Below, piece by piece: positions 63,532 to 64,000 of a DNA stretch of 64,000 nt. The position numbers and the translations under genes were made by a program. Source of the stretch: Mesobacillus sp. (GTDB taxonomy: Bacteria > Bacillota > Bacilli > Bacillales > Cytobacillaceae). Position 1 is the stretch's first letter. Each line of letters opens with the position of its first letter. The stretch lies in NCBI RefSeq assembly GCF_047739415.1, contig NZ_JBIQOE010000218.1, positions 15,254 through 79,253 of the forward strand, read 5' to 3'. The notes under the pieces are model-generated. The model had not been told where the DNA came from. It ran no database searches and saw only the letters and a list, made by a program, of their open reading frames with translations.

Positions 63532-64000
63532 TATTCTTTTCCTCCATAATATGAAGCTCCACGGGTGAAGCCGAAATTAGTCTCGTTTACTTCTGTATTT
63601 TGTTTTAATTCTTGTTCAGCGTCTTTTTTCTTGTTGCTTTTCAATATGGTCTGAATGCTTTTTACCGTCGGTCTTCCTGTCATGGAAAGCACCATTTTAC
63701 AAGCGATTTCTATCTCATATTTGGTATAACGATGCTCGAGTTTCTTTAAAGAAAAGATAGATTGCAATGCTTGTCTTTCAGATTGATAGGAATCTAAAAG
63801 GTATTTCACCACAATGGAAGTGGAAGAGCCAATGCTGCTGGCCCACTCAATCGCCACTTCTGGCGTGTGCTCTATATATAACTTATGATTATCTGGCATA
63901 TGTTCCGGAAGGGTTGATGGCTGACCGAATCTCCCATATAATCGTTTGTGTGAAGTTAGCCACATATGCTTAAAATAGACAACAACCATATCATCGGAAA
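63531..64000 (-). CDS. istA: IS21-family transposase IstA, C-terminal part (truncated by the window edge)
   Basis: The frame stays open to position 64000 (...SDDMVVVYFKHMWLTSHKRLYG...). The stop overlaps the istB start. Confidence 0.75.
   Translation of the reverse strand, partial: SDDMVVVYFKHMWLTSHKRLYGRFGQPSTLPEHMPDNHKLYIEHTPEVAIEWASSIGSSTSIVVKYLLDSYQSERQALQSIFSLKKLEHRYTKYEIEIACKMVLSMTGRPTVKSIQTILKSNKKKDAEQELKQNTEVNETNFGFTRGASYYGGKE

Larger units (their letters stand above)
62474..64000 (-). mobile_element. IS21-like element (partial; both boundaries undetermined)
   Basis: An istA-istB pair plus a coupled third ORF. The terminal repeats could not be identified by eye. The element continues beyond the window. 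Confidence 0.6.

Noticed and set aside
1-64000. tRNA, rRNA or other canonical RNA genes
   Set aside because: Scanning the intergenic regions by eye showed no cloverleaf-like or rRNA-like segments. This is a weak negative and should be confirmed with tRNAscan-SE and Infernal.

Overview
AT-rich (roughly 35-38% GC by eye) segment that looks like a large conjugative plasmid, or possibly an ICE, from a spore-forming Bacillaceae-type Firmicute. All family assignments come from motifs read by eye and recalled family signatures; no database search was run. Contents from left to right:

- **Transfer/mobilisation (1-4.3 kb):** a VirD4/TraG-type coupling protein, translationally coupled to a Replic_Relax/MOB_L-like relaxase candidate.
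- **Non-coding region (4.3-5.4 kb):** about 1 kb rich in iterons and palindromes; candidate oriT, oriV or centromere.
- **Partition (5.4-8.5 kb):** a type III TubR-TubZ module followed by a MerR-like coiled-coil protein.
- **Most unusual locus (12.0-18.0 kb, minus strand):** a tightly packed array of dnaN, two unknown genes, an E2-like gene, a Ubl-like/JAB fusion, a ThiF/E1-like gene and a small ORF. A Rad52-like annealing protein lies just upstream. This is a ubiquitin-like conjugation cassette (PRTRC-like or Bil-like gene order) in a plasmid DNA-metabolism context.
- **Transposon (22,042-31,507):** a 9.5-kb Tn1546-like Tn3-family element with 38-bp IRs and a 5-bp TATTA target duplication. 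It carries a gerB-A-C germinant receptor operon and has split a gene made of homing-endonuclease-associated repeats. Its transposase and an amidase gene have decayed.
- **Gram-positive T4SS block (32.4-43.3 kb):** VirB2-like, PrgI/VirB3-like, VirB4, VirB6-like with three 75-aa repeats, and an SLT+M23 hydrolase.
- **Defence island (49.2-57.5 kb):** tyrosine recombinase, 4-TM protein, MmeI-family Type IIL R-M enzyme, small membrane protein, and SIR2-HerA.
- **Mobile elements at the right end:** an IS1182-family IS flanked by a 24-bp palindromic duplication, then Tn7-like tnsA-tnsB with no tnsC, abutted by an IS21-like element that carries a third, translationally coupled HTH gene.
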